From Candidatus Woesearchaeota archaeon (GTDB lineage: Archaea; Nanobdellota; Nanobdellia; Woesearchaeales; JABGUJ01): a DNA stretch of 33,731 nucleotides. Shown one piece after another: positions 10,315 through 18,941 of the stretch (the stretch's first letter is position 1; each line of letters begins with the position of its first letter). Below the pieces are notes generated by a model. The model worked only from the letters and a program-made list of their open reading frames with translations, had not been told where the DNA came from and searched no databases. The stretch covers positions 565,534-599,264 of the forward strand of contig JABGUJ010000001.1 of the NCBI GenBank assembly GCA_018646625.1, read 5' to 3'. The translations under genes and the position numbers were made by a program.

Positions 10315-10363
10315 AGCTTAAATACCTATTTTCTCTGAATTCATTAAAAGGGGTGATCATAGC

Positions 10364-10699
10364 TTGTCTTTAAAGGCCAGAGTACCAAATGCATTTGAAA
10401 AGATAATTCTTGTTGTAGGTATATTCATTATCTTCATAGGTTACTTGATGATTCATCAAGAGGTTATCAGCACAGGCTTTAATTGGGACGCTATCCAAAC
10501 AATTCTTATGTGGTTATTCCTTATCGCCGTAATCATACTTTTGGCGGTTAATGAAAACATGAAAGAAGAGCTAATCTTAATTTCTCAATATCAACTTCAA
10601 GAACTTAAGTTGCTTGCGAGAGAAGAAAAGAAAGATCTAACTCTCAACGAAAAAGAGATCAAACTCCTCAAGAGCATTGCAAAAAAGAAAAGGCTGTGA
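10364..10699 (+). CDS. Small two-TM membrane protein with C-terminal helical tail
   Basis: Two hydrophobic helices; GGGGTGA Shine-Dalgarno upstream of the TTG start. Confidence 0.7.
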   Translation: MSLKARVPNAFEKIILVVGIFIIFIGYLMIHQEVISTGFNWDAIQTILMWLFLIAVIILLAVNENMKEELILISQYQLQELKLLAREEKKDLTLNEKEIKLLKSIAKKKRL

Positions 10700-10715
10700 T
10701 TTCTATTAAAAAAAT

Positions 10716-11031
10716 GGTGTAGAGTTAGATAAGCCACCTTCTGTGCTACCCAAAACATTATCCTGTAATGTCGATGGTAGTTGTTGACATTCTACTTAGC
10801 GTCTCAAAGGACTTGCACAAGCAAGGGCTCACCGTTTCATCCATTCCATGAAAAACGTCAGGAGGTTAACTCAAAACAGTCGCCTGTTTCTTCGCATCCA
10901 TCATCCTAAATCATGGTGGTCTCGTTTCTGAGTGGTTGCCGTCCCTTTCAGGACCTTCCTTCCGAAAGTTGCTACGATAGTGGGTGGACTTTCCTCAGCA
11001 CAAGCCGGGAGTCAACTCTAACCACTACACC
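10716..11031 (-). ncRNA. rnpB: RNase P RNA (archaeal, compact)
   Basis: Minus strand shows GAGGAAAGTCCACCCAC, CAGAAAC, GATGAAACGG, GTGCAAG and ACAGAAGGTGGCTTA. P1 ends are GGTGTAG/CTACACC. TATA-like element near 11054-11062 and a T-tract after the 3' end. Confidence 0.95.
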
Positions 11032-11132
11032 GCCTTCTTTGCTAATCAAGGGGTTTAAATAACTTCCTATTTACAACCGCCCAGTGGCGATTTAAAGTAA
11101 GATTTAAATATTAATTATCAACTTTCCAGAAC

Positions 11133-12542
11133 ATGCAAACGCATGATTTGGGGGAACTATTAGAACGAAAACCTGCTGATATTAGCATAAGCGATCTTCT
11201 AGGAGAACATGCCAAACAACACCCAATACGTTGTGGGGACATACATTACATTAAACTTCCAGGTCTGGAAGAAGAAAAAAGAAGGCTTCTTCATCCACTT
11301 CAAACTGGCGGGTACAATTGGAGCGAGTTTTCAGGTCCATTTGTTAATACCCGTGGATCAACTTTCAATTGGGTTTGTGTTTCTAAAGATCACGAAACAG
11401 TATATGCGAAAGCACCCGGTTTGATGAGATTACAAAGAATAAAACAACTTAGCATTCTTGCAAATCCTATGTTGGCTCCAACTGAACAATGTTGTCATGA
11501 TTTGATTTTTACACACACTAGAGAAGAACATAGCCAACTAGCTGCGGCTTACGCAGAAACAATGATGCGTCTTAGCGGTAGATCTGATGATGATACAAAG
11601 AAAGTGGTGGTTGCGGCTTTACTTCACGACGTTGCAACTGTTGCGGGTGGTGACGCTATGAAAATGGTTGCGCCAAAGGAACTTGATGAAGAGATGCTTG
11701 CAGAACGAGTTCTAAAACGAGATCCTGTTTTGCCTTTTTTACAAGAAGAAAAACTTGATCCTGATGAGATACTTGCAATAATTAAGAATGAAGGTCTACT
11801 TGGTAAAGTGTTGGACTTAGTTGATAGATTATCTTACACTGCACTAGATTCATTTCATTTTTGTGATTTGTATGACTTAGAAGATGAAGCTGTATCTGAA
11901 TGGCCTGAACACATCCGTCACTATCATACCAAAGGAAAAGCCGCCGCCGACATTATGTACGCAAATCCTAATTTATTTGACTTCATTTTTTCATTTAGAG
12001 TTACCGATGAAGGGATTTGTTGCCAAGACCCTGATTCTTTAGGTAAATTCTTAGAACTAAGAGCAGTAATGCATCGCGATCTTTACATGGACGCTTTTGC
12101 TCATATATCTGAAGTTTTTCTTTCACCTTTCTGCGAGCACATCTATGAGAAGAAAGGGGTTGAGTGGTTACTTGAAGCCGATAATCGAGAACTCTATGAT
12201 GAAGTTGCAGGGGTTGTAAGACGGAATTCTGGATTGGATGTAACCCCATGGATGGAAGGTTTACTTCGCAATTATGATGTTTGTGTGGATGAACTATCAA
12301 CGGATGATGATGTTACTGTTTTCAAACGAAAACTTATGCGACAAGGGAGAGTTGCGATAAAAGAATTAGATTTCAGAAGAGGATTCAACTCAAATACAAA
12401 TCTTTTAGTTTGCACAGATGACAACGCAATACCTTTCTATGTTGAACAACCAGAAGTTGCACAACGCATAGAACAAATAGTTGATCAGGTAAGAACAATC
12501 AGAGTTTATCACGCGCGACCTTACTTCAAATCATTTCTTTGA
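11133..12542 (+). CDS. HD-domain phosphohydrolase, SAMHD1/dNTP triphosphohydrolase-like
   Basis: RLQRIKQL, HTREEHS, AALLHD and DRLSY motifs; TATA at 11103. Confidence 0.8.
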   Translation: MQTHDLGELLERKPADISISDLLGEHAKQHPIRCGDIHYIKLPGLEEEKRRLLHPLQTGGYNWSEFSGPFVNTRGSTFNWVCVSKDHETVYAKAPGLMRLQRIKQLSILANPMLAPTEQCCHDLIFTHTREEHSQLAAAYAETMMRLSGRSDDDTKKVVVAALLHDVATVAGGDAMKMVAPKELDEEMLAERVLKRDPVLPFLQEEKLDPDEILAIIKNEGLLGKVLDLVDRLSYTALDSFHFCDLYDLEDEAVSEWPEHIRHYHTKGKAAADIMYANPNLFDFIFSFRVTDEGICCQDPDSLGKFLELRAVMHRDLYMDAFAHISEVFLSPFCEHIYEKKGVEWLLEADNRELYDEVAGVVRRNSGLDVTPWMEGLLRNYDVCVDELSTDDDVTVFKRKLMRQGRVAIKELDFRRGFNSNTNLLVCTDDNAIPFYVEQPEVAQRIEQIVDQVRTIRVYHARPYFKSFL

Positions 12543-13253
12543 AACTTTCCAAATATTCCAGAACATCTGTCGATACTGTTCTGCTATAACTTTGGACTCT
12601 ATCAGAAATCCTGTTGGCGCATCATTCCAAGAAATTATTAGTATTTTGTTTCTAAATATTCCCATATTAGGTGGTAAAGGAAAATCTGCATACCTTGGTT
12701 CAATATAATCAAATTCTCCATATAATCCTCGTTTGTACGACGGCACAACCCCGTACACTTTTAGTCCCATCTCTTGTCTTTTCTTATCATATTGCAAGTA
12801 AATTTTACCTACTGCTTCATCATACTCTTTTTCTTCTCCACCAAAAAACAAAAACTCATCACCTTTTTCTCCGTCAGAGATAAATGCTTGCAACATTGAC
12901 TTTATTCCGCTTAATCCTTTATACACTTCCGACTCTTCTTTATCTTCTGCTAGCCTTCTCTTTAATTCAAGTTCTGGAAGAATATTTTCTACTCTTCTCT
13001 CTCTGTCTTTTAGAATTTCTAATAAAAACTTTGGATCCGTTGCGGTGTAATGTTTTATTTTTCCTTTTTTTACAAACTTAATTAGTCCTTTCTCCAACAA
13101 AGTATTCAAGCAAGTATGTACGGTGGAGCTTTGTAACTTAGATTTCTCAATCACTCTGCCAACCTTTGATGTTCCAATTTCCAATAATGTCAAGTAGACT
13201 TTAGTTTCTCCTTTCGACAAACCAATTTCTTCAAACAACGCCTCATCAATCAT
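12531..13253 (-). CDS. TrmB-family transcriptional regulator
   Basis: IGLSKGETKVYLTLLEIG...LLEKGLI N-terminal HTH and VYKGLSGIK. Start reassigned to ATG 13253 (MIDEALFEE) from the minus-strand TATA beginning at 13284. Confidence 0.88.
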   Translation of the reverse strand: MIDEALFEEIGLSKGETKVYLTLLEIGTSKVGRVIEKSKLQSSTVHTCLNTLLEKGLIKFVKKGKIKHYTATDPKFLLEILKDRERRVENILPELELKRRLAEDKEESEVYKGLSGIKSMLQAFISDGEKGDEFLFFGGEEKEYDEAVGKIYLQYDKKRQEMGLKVYGVVPSYKRGLYGEFDYIEPRYADFPLPPNMGIFRNKILIISWNDAPTGFLIESKVIAEQYRQMFWNIWKVSKK

Positions 13254-13273
13254 ACTCTCCAATACTGGAGAGT
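13254..13273. promoter_or_regulatory. Inverted repeat ACTCTCC-N6-GGAGAGT, candidate operator
   Basis: Perfect 7-bp arms lying between the TATA box and start codon of the TrmB-family gene. Confidence 0.5.
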
Positions 13274-13333
13274 TATTATTTAAATTTATCTGATGATTTT
13301 AGCATATTGGGTATTTAGGCAGGAGGCGCTAAG

Positions 13334-14443
13334 ATGAGGTATTTATTAATTATTATAGCTTTAGCTCTATTAATCACAGGCTGTGGCTCACAACAAATCA
13401 CTGCACAAGTTACTAAAGAACCAGTTTACAAGATTGGTATTCTCGGACCATTTGCAGGACCAACTGCAAGGTATGGTGAAGCAATGGATGCCGGTTATCA
13501 ATTGGCTCTTGAAGATCTTAAAGATTCTGGAATCAACTTCAAATTAATCTATGAAGATTCTCACTGCGATAATAAATACGCAAAAACCGCTGCAGAAAAA
13601 CTAATTGCATTAGATAAAGTTGACATTCTTTTAGGTCCATATTGTGATGGTACTAACTTGGTCGCATCTCAGTCTGAAGAATATCATAATAAAGTGATGC
13701 TTTCTCCGGTTGGTGTTAGCAGACAACATGCTGGTTTAGGTGAAACGTTCTTCAGATTACAACCATCAAATGAAGTTGAGATACAAACATTAGTTAACTA
13801 TATCTTCGACAAAACACAACACAGAAACTTTGTCATAGTTTATTTAAACAACAACTTTGGTTTTGAATATCGTGATGTTTTTAATGAACTTGTCGACGAG
13901 AACAATGGAAAAATCATATTTGAGGAAGGCTACGAATTATTAGATTCTGACTTCCGAACTACAATAACAAAAATAAAAGCATCTGAAGCTGATGCGATAT
14001 TTTTTGTGAGTTCCGATTTTCAGGCAGCACAATTCATTAAACAAGTTAGAGAACAACAGTTTAGCATTCCGATTTACAGTACAGTTAATTCTCAAAGTGT
14101 AAAAATAATTGACATCGCAGGACAAGCAGCTGAAAATTTAACCTTTGCATTCAACGATGACACCAACTTAACAGAAAAACAAATAGAATTTTACTCTAGG
14201 TTAAAACAAAATAATTATCGGCTAACTGGATTCGTTGAAGCTAATGCTTACGATGCGTTACATCTGGCTGTTGATGCACTAAAGGAATGTGGTTCAAACA
14301 TGCAATGTCAGAGCAATTTCTTCAACTCCATTAGCAACTACTCTGGTGCTTCTGGCAACATAGATTTATCTTCAGGAGATATAAGAAGAAACATGGTTGT
14401 TAAGAGTTACAGAGCCGGAGAATTCATAAAAGTGGCGAATTAG
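13334..14443 (+). CDS. LivJ/LivK-type ABC substrate-binding lipoprotein
   Basis: Lipobox ITGC, KIGILGPFAGPTARYG, YEDSHC, DFRTTITKIK and AYDA motifs; AGGAGG RBS. Confidence 0.88.
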   Translation: MRYLLIIIALALLITGCGSQQITAQVTKEPVYKIGILGPFAGPTARYGEAMDAGYQLALEDLKDSGINFKLIYEDSHCDNKYAKTAAEKLIALDKVDILLGPYCDGTNLVASQSEEYHNKVMLSPVGVSRQHAGLGETFFRLQPSNEVEIQTLVNYIFDKTQHRNFVIVYLNNNFGFEYRDVFNELVDENNGKIIFEEGYELLDSDFRTTITKIKASEADAIFFVSSDFQAAQFIKQVREQQFSIPIYSTVNSQSVKIIDIAGQAAENLTFAFNDDTNLTEKQIEFYSRLKQNNYRLTGFVEANAYDALHLAVDALKECGSNMQCQSNFFNSISNYSGASGNIDLSSGDIRRNMVVKSYRAGEFIKVAN

Positions 14444-14457
14444 CTCCTGTCGAGATA

Positions 14458-14473
14458 GTCACTTATAAGTGAC
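14458..14473. promoter_or_regulatory. Perfect 16-bp palindrome GTCACTTATAAGTGAC
   Basis: Self-complementary; ends 13 nt before the TATA (14487) of the 14518 gene. Confidence 0.5.
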
Positions 14474-14517
14474 AAAAGAGCAAAACTTTATAAGCAACCT
14501 CTCTTTCTTTTTAGTAT

Positions 14518-15672
14518 ATGATTACTAGAAATCGTACGTTGGCTGCAGGAGTTTTGGTGACTTTGGCATTAGCTGCTGCAATGGGTGGTTCTAAGAAAGA
14601 TGAAGATACAACTGTGGCGCAAGAACCAAAACTAGAAGATCTTGCAAGAATTTCTTCAGGCTGTTCTGGCAATCCTTTGAAAGGTGTTGTAGTATCTGAA
14701 CCAAAACCAGATGCAGGTGTTGCAAGATTTATTGATTTTCTAAATGTAACTGAAGAACTCGGATTAGAATATTTGAAAACAGATTACGGTAGAGATCTTT
14801 TCAATGAAGCCTGGGATCCTGATAATGATTCTTTTGCAAGTGAATCCCTTTTAGATTATGTCGGAGAACAGATTTGTGGAATCCATGACACACTTGGTTC
14901 TGATGTTGCAAGACAAGTTTATGATACTTTTATGGCTGCGGGAGAAGAACGCATATCTGCGGGTGCATACTTTAATCATACTAGAAAATTATTTTCTTTA
15001 ACAAAATGTTTTACACCTGAGGAAAGATGGGATATTCACGTCGATGAGATAATTCGAGATGAGGGAGAATTACCTGCGAATTTTGGTGAAAACTTCAGCG
15101 GATTACTAACAGACATTGTTAAACAACTTGATCCTGAAACACAAAGGCACGCAATACGTGAAGCATGTAACCAATATCCTCTAATATTTACAGAGCCCTA
15201 TACAACAGATACTATTGAGCTTGATGGAGTTTTGCAAGAATTTACTGAAGATCATACTTCAAAAGGATTTCTTTGTAGAAATATTCTCGGTGAACTACCT
15301 TACGAATTTGCTGAGGCGGTTGATTATGTTAATCAAGATCCGAACGGTCCTGATTTTTTAGGACTAGCATTTAGTGTGATGGATGTTGCAAAACTAGAAG
15401 GGGCTATTGCAACAACTGCAACCAATGGTGGCGATATTGAAAAGGCAATAGCACAATATCAAAAAGCAAGAACAGAATTTGCAAAAACTGCCGCCGATGC
15501 AATCTGTGAAGCATACGCAAATAATCCTGAATACACTCCAAAGGATTATATTAAGATATTTTTTGCGAATGTGAGATCTGTAGCTGGATCGATGTACAAT
15601 ACCCAAAACTCCGCAAGAGATTCAAATATTGCGGCCGGAAGCTTAGTAAATTCTCAATGTGGGCCAGAATAG
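14518..15672 (+). CDS. Hypothetical exported or membrane-anchored acidic protein
   Basis: Basic N-terminus followed by a hydrophobic helix; 384 aa; no family recognised; TATA at -31. Confidence 0.7.
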   Translation: MITRNRTLAAGVLVTLALAAAMGGSKKDEDTTVAQEPKLEDLARISSGCSGNPLKGVVVSEPKPDAGVARFIDFLNVTEELGLEYLKTDYGRDLFNEAWDPDNDSFASESLLDYVGEQICGIHDTLGSDVARQVYDTFMAAGEERISAGAYFNHTRKLFSLTKCFTPEERWDIHVDEIIRDEGELPANFGENFSGLLTDIVKQLDPETQRHAIREACNQYPLIFTEPYTTDTIELDGVLQEFTEDHTSKGFLCRNILGELPYEFAEAVDYVNQDPNGPDFLGLAFSVMDVAKLEGAIATTATNGGDIEKAIAQYQKARTEFAKTAADAICEAYANNPEYTPKDYIKIFFANVRSVAGSMYNTQNSARDSNIAAGSLVNSQCGPE

Positions 15673-15723
15673 GTTATTTTCTAGATAGTAAGCTTTTTAT
15701 ATTCTAAACTTTCAGAGACCCTT

Positions 15724-15900
15724 ATGGCAAAAGACAACAAGATATCAATGCCTTCAAGCGGCGGTGGCTTAGTTAGATACTTCGACGAATCCGTATCTAA
15801 AATAAGACTAAAGCCAGGTTATGTTATAATTATGGTGGCTATACTTGTTGTAATTGAACTTCTACTTCACTGGCAAGGTAATAGCATTCTAGGAATCTAA
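15724..15900 (+). CDS. secG: Preprotein translocase subunit Sec61beta/SecG
   Basis: 58 aa, MAKDNKISMPSSGGGLVRYFDESVSKIRLKPGYVIIMVAILVVIELLLHW...; GL.RYF.E...I.L.P followed by a TM helix is diagnostic. Missed by the ORF track. Confidence 0.92.
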   Translation: MAKDNKISMPSSGGGLVRYFDESVSKIRLKPGYVIIMVAILVVIELLLHWQGNSILGI

Positions 15901-15948
15901 GTTATCTAAGAAATCTTTTTATACAACTACACTAATCAACAACCTACA

Positions 15949-16293
15949 ATGATACCAGGAATGAATCCGAGGAAGATGCAACAGATGATGAAGAAGATGG
16001 GTGTAGCCCAGCAAGACATAGAGGCTACGAGAGTAATCATCGAAACTCCCGAAAAAAACCTAATCATTGATGAACCTCAAGTTGCTAAAGTTAACATGAT
16101 GGGTCAAGAAACATTACAAGTATCTGGACAAATTAGAGAAGAGGAAAAAGACACAACTCCTGAGTTGAGCGAAGATGATATTAAAACACTGATGGAGCAA
16201 GCGAATGTTTCTGAAGAAATTGCTAGAAAAGCATTAGAGCTTACAAAGGGCGATATTGCTGAAGCGATCATGGGATTAACCGATGATAGCTAA
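15949..16293 (+). CDS. nac: Archaeal nascent polypeptide-associated complex protein
   Basis: MNPRKMQQMMKKMG, P.V..VNMMGQETLQV and C-terminal UBA-like ARKALE..KGDIAEAI. Confidence 0.95.
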   Translation: MIPGMNPRKMQQMMKKMGVAQQDIEATRVIIETPEKNLIIDEPQVAKVNMMGQETLQVSGQIREEEKDTTPELSEDDIKTLMEQANVSEEIARKALELTKGDIAEAIMGLTDDS

Positions 16294-16327
16294 ACATTTA
16301 TAAACCTTGAAATCTAATAGTATATTA

Positions 16328-16810
16328 ATGGATAAAATCCTAGAACAGCGTGAAAGAGCATTAAAAAGCCTTAGAGCTGCGGATTATTTACTCTCACAGA
16401 ATTTCTCTGTTTTCAAAGATCCTAAGATATTAGTTAGTGCCTTAGAAGACATATTCAACTGTGCTGCCAGTACAATGACTGCATATCTCTTATTCAAACG
16501 CAAAAACCACAAAGTTGAACCATTTCAAGACAACTTTGAATCGAAGCACAGAGTCTTTGAAGCAAACATCACTGACGACCTGAAACAACATCTTATGTTC
16601 ATAAACGGATTAAAGAAGTTGATTGAATTTCACAAAGAAAGTCCTGTTGAATTTAGAAAAAAAGCTGAATTTGTGATGTGTTCTGATGGCTATAAAAACA
16701 TAGAAAAACTGACGCCAGAGCTTCTGAAAGGCCAAATATCGAAGGCAAAACTATTTATAGAAGATGTATTCTTCCTCATAGATAATCCCGGGGTAAAACA
16801 GCATGGATGA
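16328..16810 (+). CDS. Hypothetical helical protein, possible HEPN-like fold
   Basis: Start moved to ATG 16328 (TATA at 16297). A.KSLRAADYLL resembles HEPN helix 1 and the next ORF. Confidence 0.7.
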   Translation: MDKILEQRERALKSLRAADYLLSQNFSVFKDPKILVSALEDIFNCAASTMTAYLLFKRKNHKVEPFQDNFESKHRVFEANITDDLKQHLMFINGLKKLIEFHKESPVEFRKKAEFVMCSDGYKNIEKLTPELLKGQISKAKLFIEDVFFLIDNPGVKQHG

Positions 16811-17264
16811 AGACTTTATCAAAGACGCCAAGGAAGAACTAAAGCGCGCTGATCACTTAATCTACGTGAGTCTAAAGTACACGAGAACTGTTGACATCAT
16901 AAAACATATTATCGAGAGATTCATCAATTTCATAGATATTCTTTTTGAAGCGATTCTTACAATGGAACAAGAAGAGAATAAAATTCCAGATATTCCTGCC
17001 GCGCCTGCTGCGAGAGCCAATTTAATAAAAAAACAATTTCACGATGATTCTTTTCTAGTTGGAATGGCTAATTTCTATCTTAAACTTAGATTGATTAACA
17101 GAGCTTCTTTTGAACGAGATCAAGAATTTAGAAGGCACGTTAAAATGACCGCACACCTTGATTCCGAGGAGAAGATTGAGATTAATATTGACATTATAAC
17201 AGATTATTTTAAAAAGATGAAAGAGTTCATGGAATATGTCGAACAGAAGTTCGAACAAACATAA
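16803..17264 (+). CDS. Hypothetical protein, probable paralog of the upstream gene
   Basis: AKEELKRADHLI and EFRRH parallel ALKSLRAADYLL and EFRKK; 8-nt overlap and GGGGT RBS. Confidence 0.72.
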   Translation: MDEDFIKDAKEELKRADHLIYVSLKYTRTVDIIKHIIERFINFIDILFEAILTMEQEENKIPDIPAAPAARANLIKKQFHDDSFLVGMANFYLKLRLINRASFERDQEFRRHVKMTAHLDSEEKIEINIDIITDYFKKMKEFMEYVEQKFEQT

Positions 17265-17281
17265 CTCAAAAGGGGTGTCTA

Positions 17282-18070
17282 ATGACTAAGTTCGTTGCCA
17301 TCATATCTGGCAAAGGTGGCGTTGGAAAAACAACTTCTGCAATTAATCTTGCAACTGCTCTCTCTAGTTTTGGAAGAGATGTTCTTGTTCTTGATGCAAA
17401 CTTAAAAACTCCTAATGTGAATCTTCATTTGGGTTCGCCCAACACACCTATAACTTTACACGATGCTCTTCAAGGAAAATATCATGTTACTGACGCGGCG
17501 TATCTTCATCCGTCTGGATTAAAAGTTATACCTGCATCTTTGGCTTTGGAAAAAGTTGATTCTGTTGAACCTGCAAAACTTGCAGAAATTCTTTTAGACT
17601 TAGAAGGCGCTTGTGAAGCAGTATTCTTAGATACCAAAACAGGAATTGATGAAGATGTAGAACACGCTATTCGTGCAGCCGATGAGGCCATTGTTGTAAC
17701 TAATCCTGATCTACCTTCCGTAACTGATGCTTTGAAAGCAATAAGACTTGCAGACAAAGTCGGAGTAAATGTGGTTGGAGTAATAGTAAATAGATTCAAG
17801 AATGATTCTTTTGATATGAGTTTAGATAACATACGAGACTTGCTCAACAAACCCATCATAGGCGTAGTGCCTGAAGATGACAATGTTAGAAAATCTATTG
17901 CTGTAAGACATCCTGTTGTATACACTCATCCTGATTCAAAAGCTTCTGTTGCATTCAAAGAACTTGCTGCAAAACTTTCAGGTCAAAAATATGTTCATTC
18001 AATAAAAGATAGTAAAGATACTCCTAGTAAACTTCATCAAGTTCTAAAAAAACTGGGGTTAAACAAATAA
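17282..18070 (+). CDS. minD: Archaeal MinD-family ATPase
   Basis: Deviant Walker A SGKGGVGKTT, LDANL..PN and VVTNPDLPSVTDALK; C-terminal amphipathic LHQVLKKLGL; GGGGTG RBS. Confidence 0.9.
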   Translation: MTKFVAIISGKGGVGKTTSAINLATALSSFGRDVLVLDANLKTPNVNLHLGSPNTPITLHDALQGKYHVTDAAYLHPSGLKVIPASLALEKVDSVEPAKLAEILLDLEGACEAVFLDTKTGIDEDVEHAIRAADEAIVVTNPDLPSVTDALKAIRLADKVGVNVVGVIVNRFKNDSFDMSLDNIRDLLNKPIIGVVPEDDNVRKSIAVRHPVVYTHPDSKASVAFKELAAKLSGQKYVHSIKDSKDTPSKLHQVLKKLGLNK

Positions 18071-18071
18071 A

Positions 18072-18665
18072 ATGCCTGCAACACTACAACAAAGGTTAAA
18101 AGAAAAAGGTTGGTCTGATGACGAAGTAGATAATGCGTTAAACATAATCTACTCTCCTGAGAAACAAGAGAAACACGCAGTTTTCACAGAATTCTCATCA
18201 CCATTAGTATATTGGTCTTTACTGGTTGTAGCAATTATTGGAAACTTCATAGCGTCTGTTGTATTAATTCCTATAATGTTGTTTTTAACAAAGTTTCAAC
18301 TTTACACGGTAATATTTATTCTAGCAATATCTTTTGGTGCATTTTTCAATTTATTACTAAAAGACATTGAACATGTAGATTACAAACACCATATAATGGG
18401 TGGTGTATTTATTCCAGCAATTGCTTTCATCAATGTATATGTAATTGTAAATTTGGCAAACACATTGAATGATAATGTTTTTAGTACATTGTTCTCTGGA
18501 AATGGAATCATACACCAAAGCCCTATCCTTATTACAATAATTTATGTGATTGGTTTCATCATACCCTACATTGCTTACAAAACTACTGATCTTCTAAAGA
18601 ATCATCGCGCTGAACTATTAACTGGGGTGCTCAGGGTAAGACAACTCTTCCAGCACGCCAAATAA
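18072..18665 (+). CDS. Four-TM membrane protein of unknown function
   Basis: Four hydrophobic segments after N-terminal LKEKGWSDDEVDNAL; starts 1 nt after the minD stop. Confidence 0.75.
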   Translation: MPATLQQRLKEKGWSDDEVDNALNIIYSPEKQEKHAVFTEFSSPLVYWSLLVVAIIGNFIASVVLIPIMLFLTKFQLYTVIFILAISFGAFFNLLLKDIEHVDYKHHIMGGVFIPAIAFINVYVIVNLANTLNDNVFSTLFSGNGIIHQSPILITIIYVIGFIIPYIAYKTTDLLKNHRAELLTGVLRVRQLFQHAK

Positions 18666-18718
18666 TCACTTACAAGGCAAAGCTTATTAATCCCCTATTT
18701 ATTCTCAAACACGTTTTT

Positions 18719-18791
18719 GACGGCTATGGTGTATCGGCTAGCATTGAGGTCTGTGGAACCTTAGGGCCGGGTTCAACTCCCGGTAGCCGTC
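18719..18791 (+). tRNA. tRNA-His (GUG) with genome-encoded G-1
   Basis: Acceptor ACGGCTA/TAGCCGT, anticodon arm GAGGT-CTGTGGA-ACCTT, T arm CCGGG-TTCAACT-CCCGG; G at -1 opposite discriminator C; CCA not encoded. Confidence 0.95.
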
Positions 18792-18849
18792 CTTCGTTTT
18801 TCTACCCACCAAAACCTTTATAAATGACCTCAAAATCCAAGCATCTAAC

Positions 18850-18918
18850 ATTGGCCCGAGTTCATTCGTGAGCGTCGATAGGGTTGGAAAAGCACTTTTC
18901 AACTTCTATATGTCCAAT
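18850..18918 (+). promoter_or_regulatory. Structured 5' leader of the S13 operon
   Basis: TATA at 18817. ATTGG/CCAAT closes two hairpins (GTTCA-TTCG-TGAGC and GTTGGAAAA-GCAC-TTTTCAAC). GAGGT RBS follows. Confidence 0.5.
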
Positions 18919-18941
18919 ATTTACTATCAGAGGTCACATTT

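Noticed and set aside
11015..11031. tRNA-like GGTGTAGTGGTTA on the minus strand
   Set aside because: No cloverleaf follows; it is the 5' strand of RNase P helix P1.
14458..14473. Xer/dif recombination site
   Set aside because: No spacer between the arms and shorter than the 11-6-11 layout of dif sites.
16328..17264. MNT-HEPN toxin-antitoxin pair
   Set aside because: No nucleotidyltransferase GS..D.D motif in either ORF and no clear RxxxxH RNase motif.
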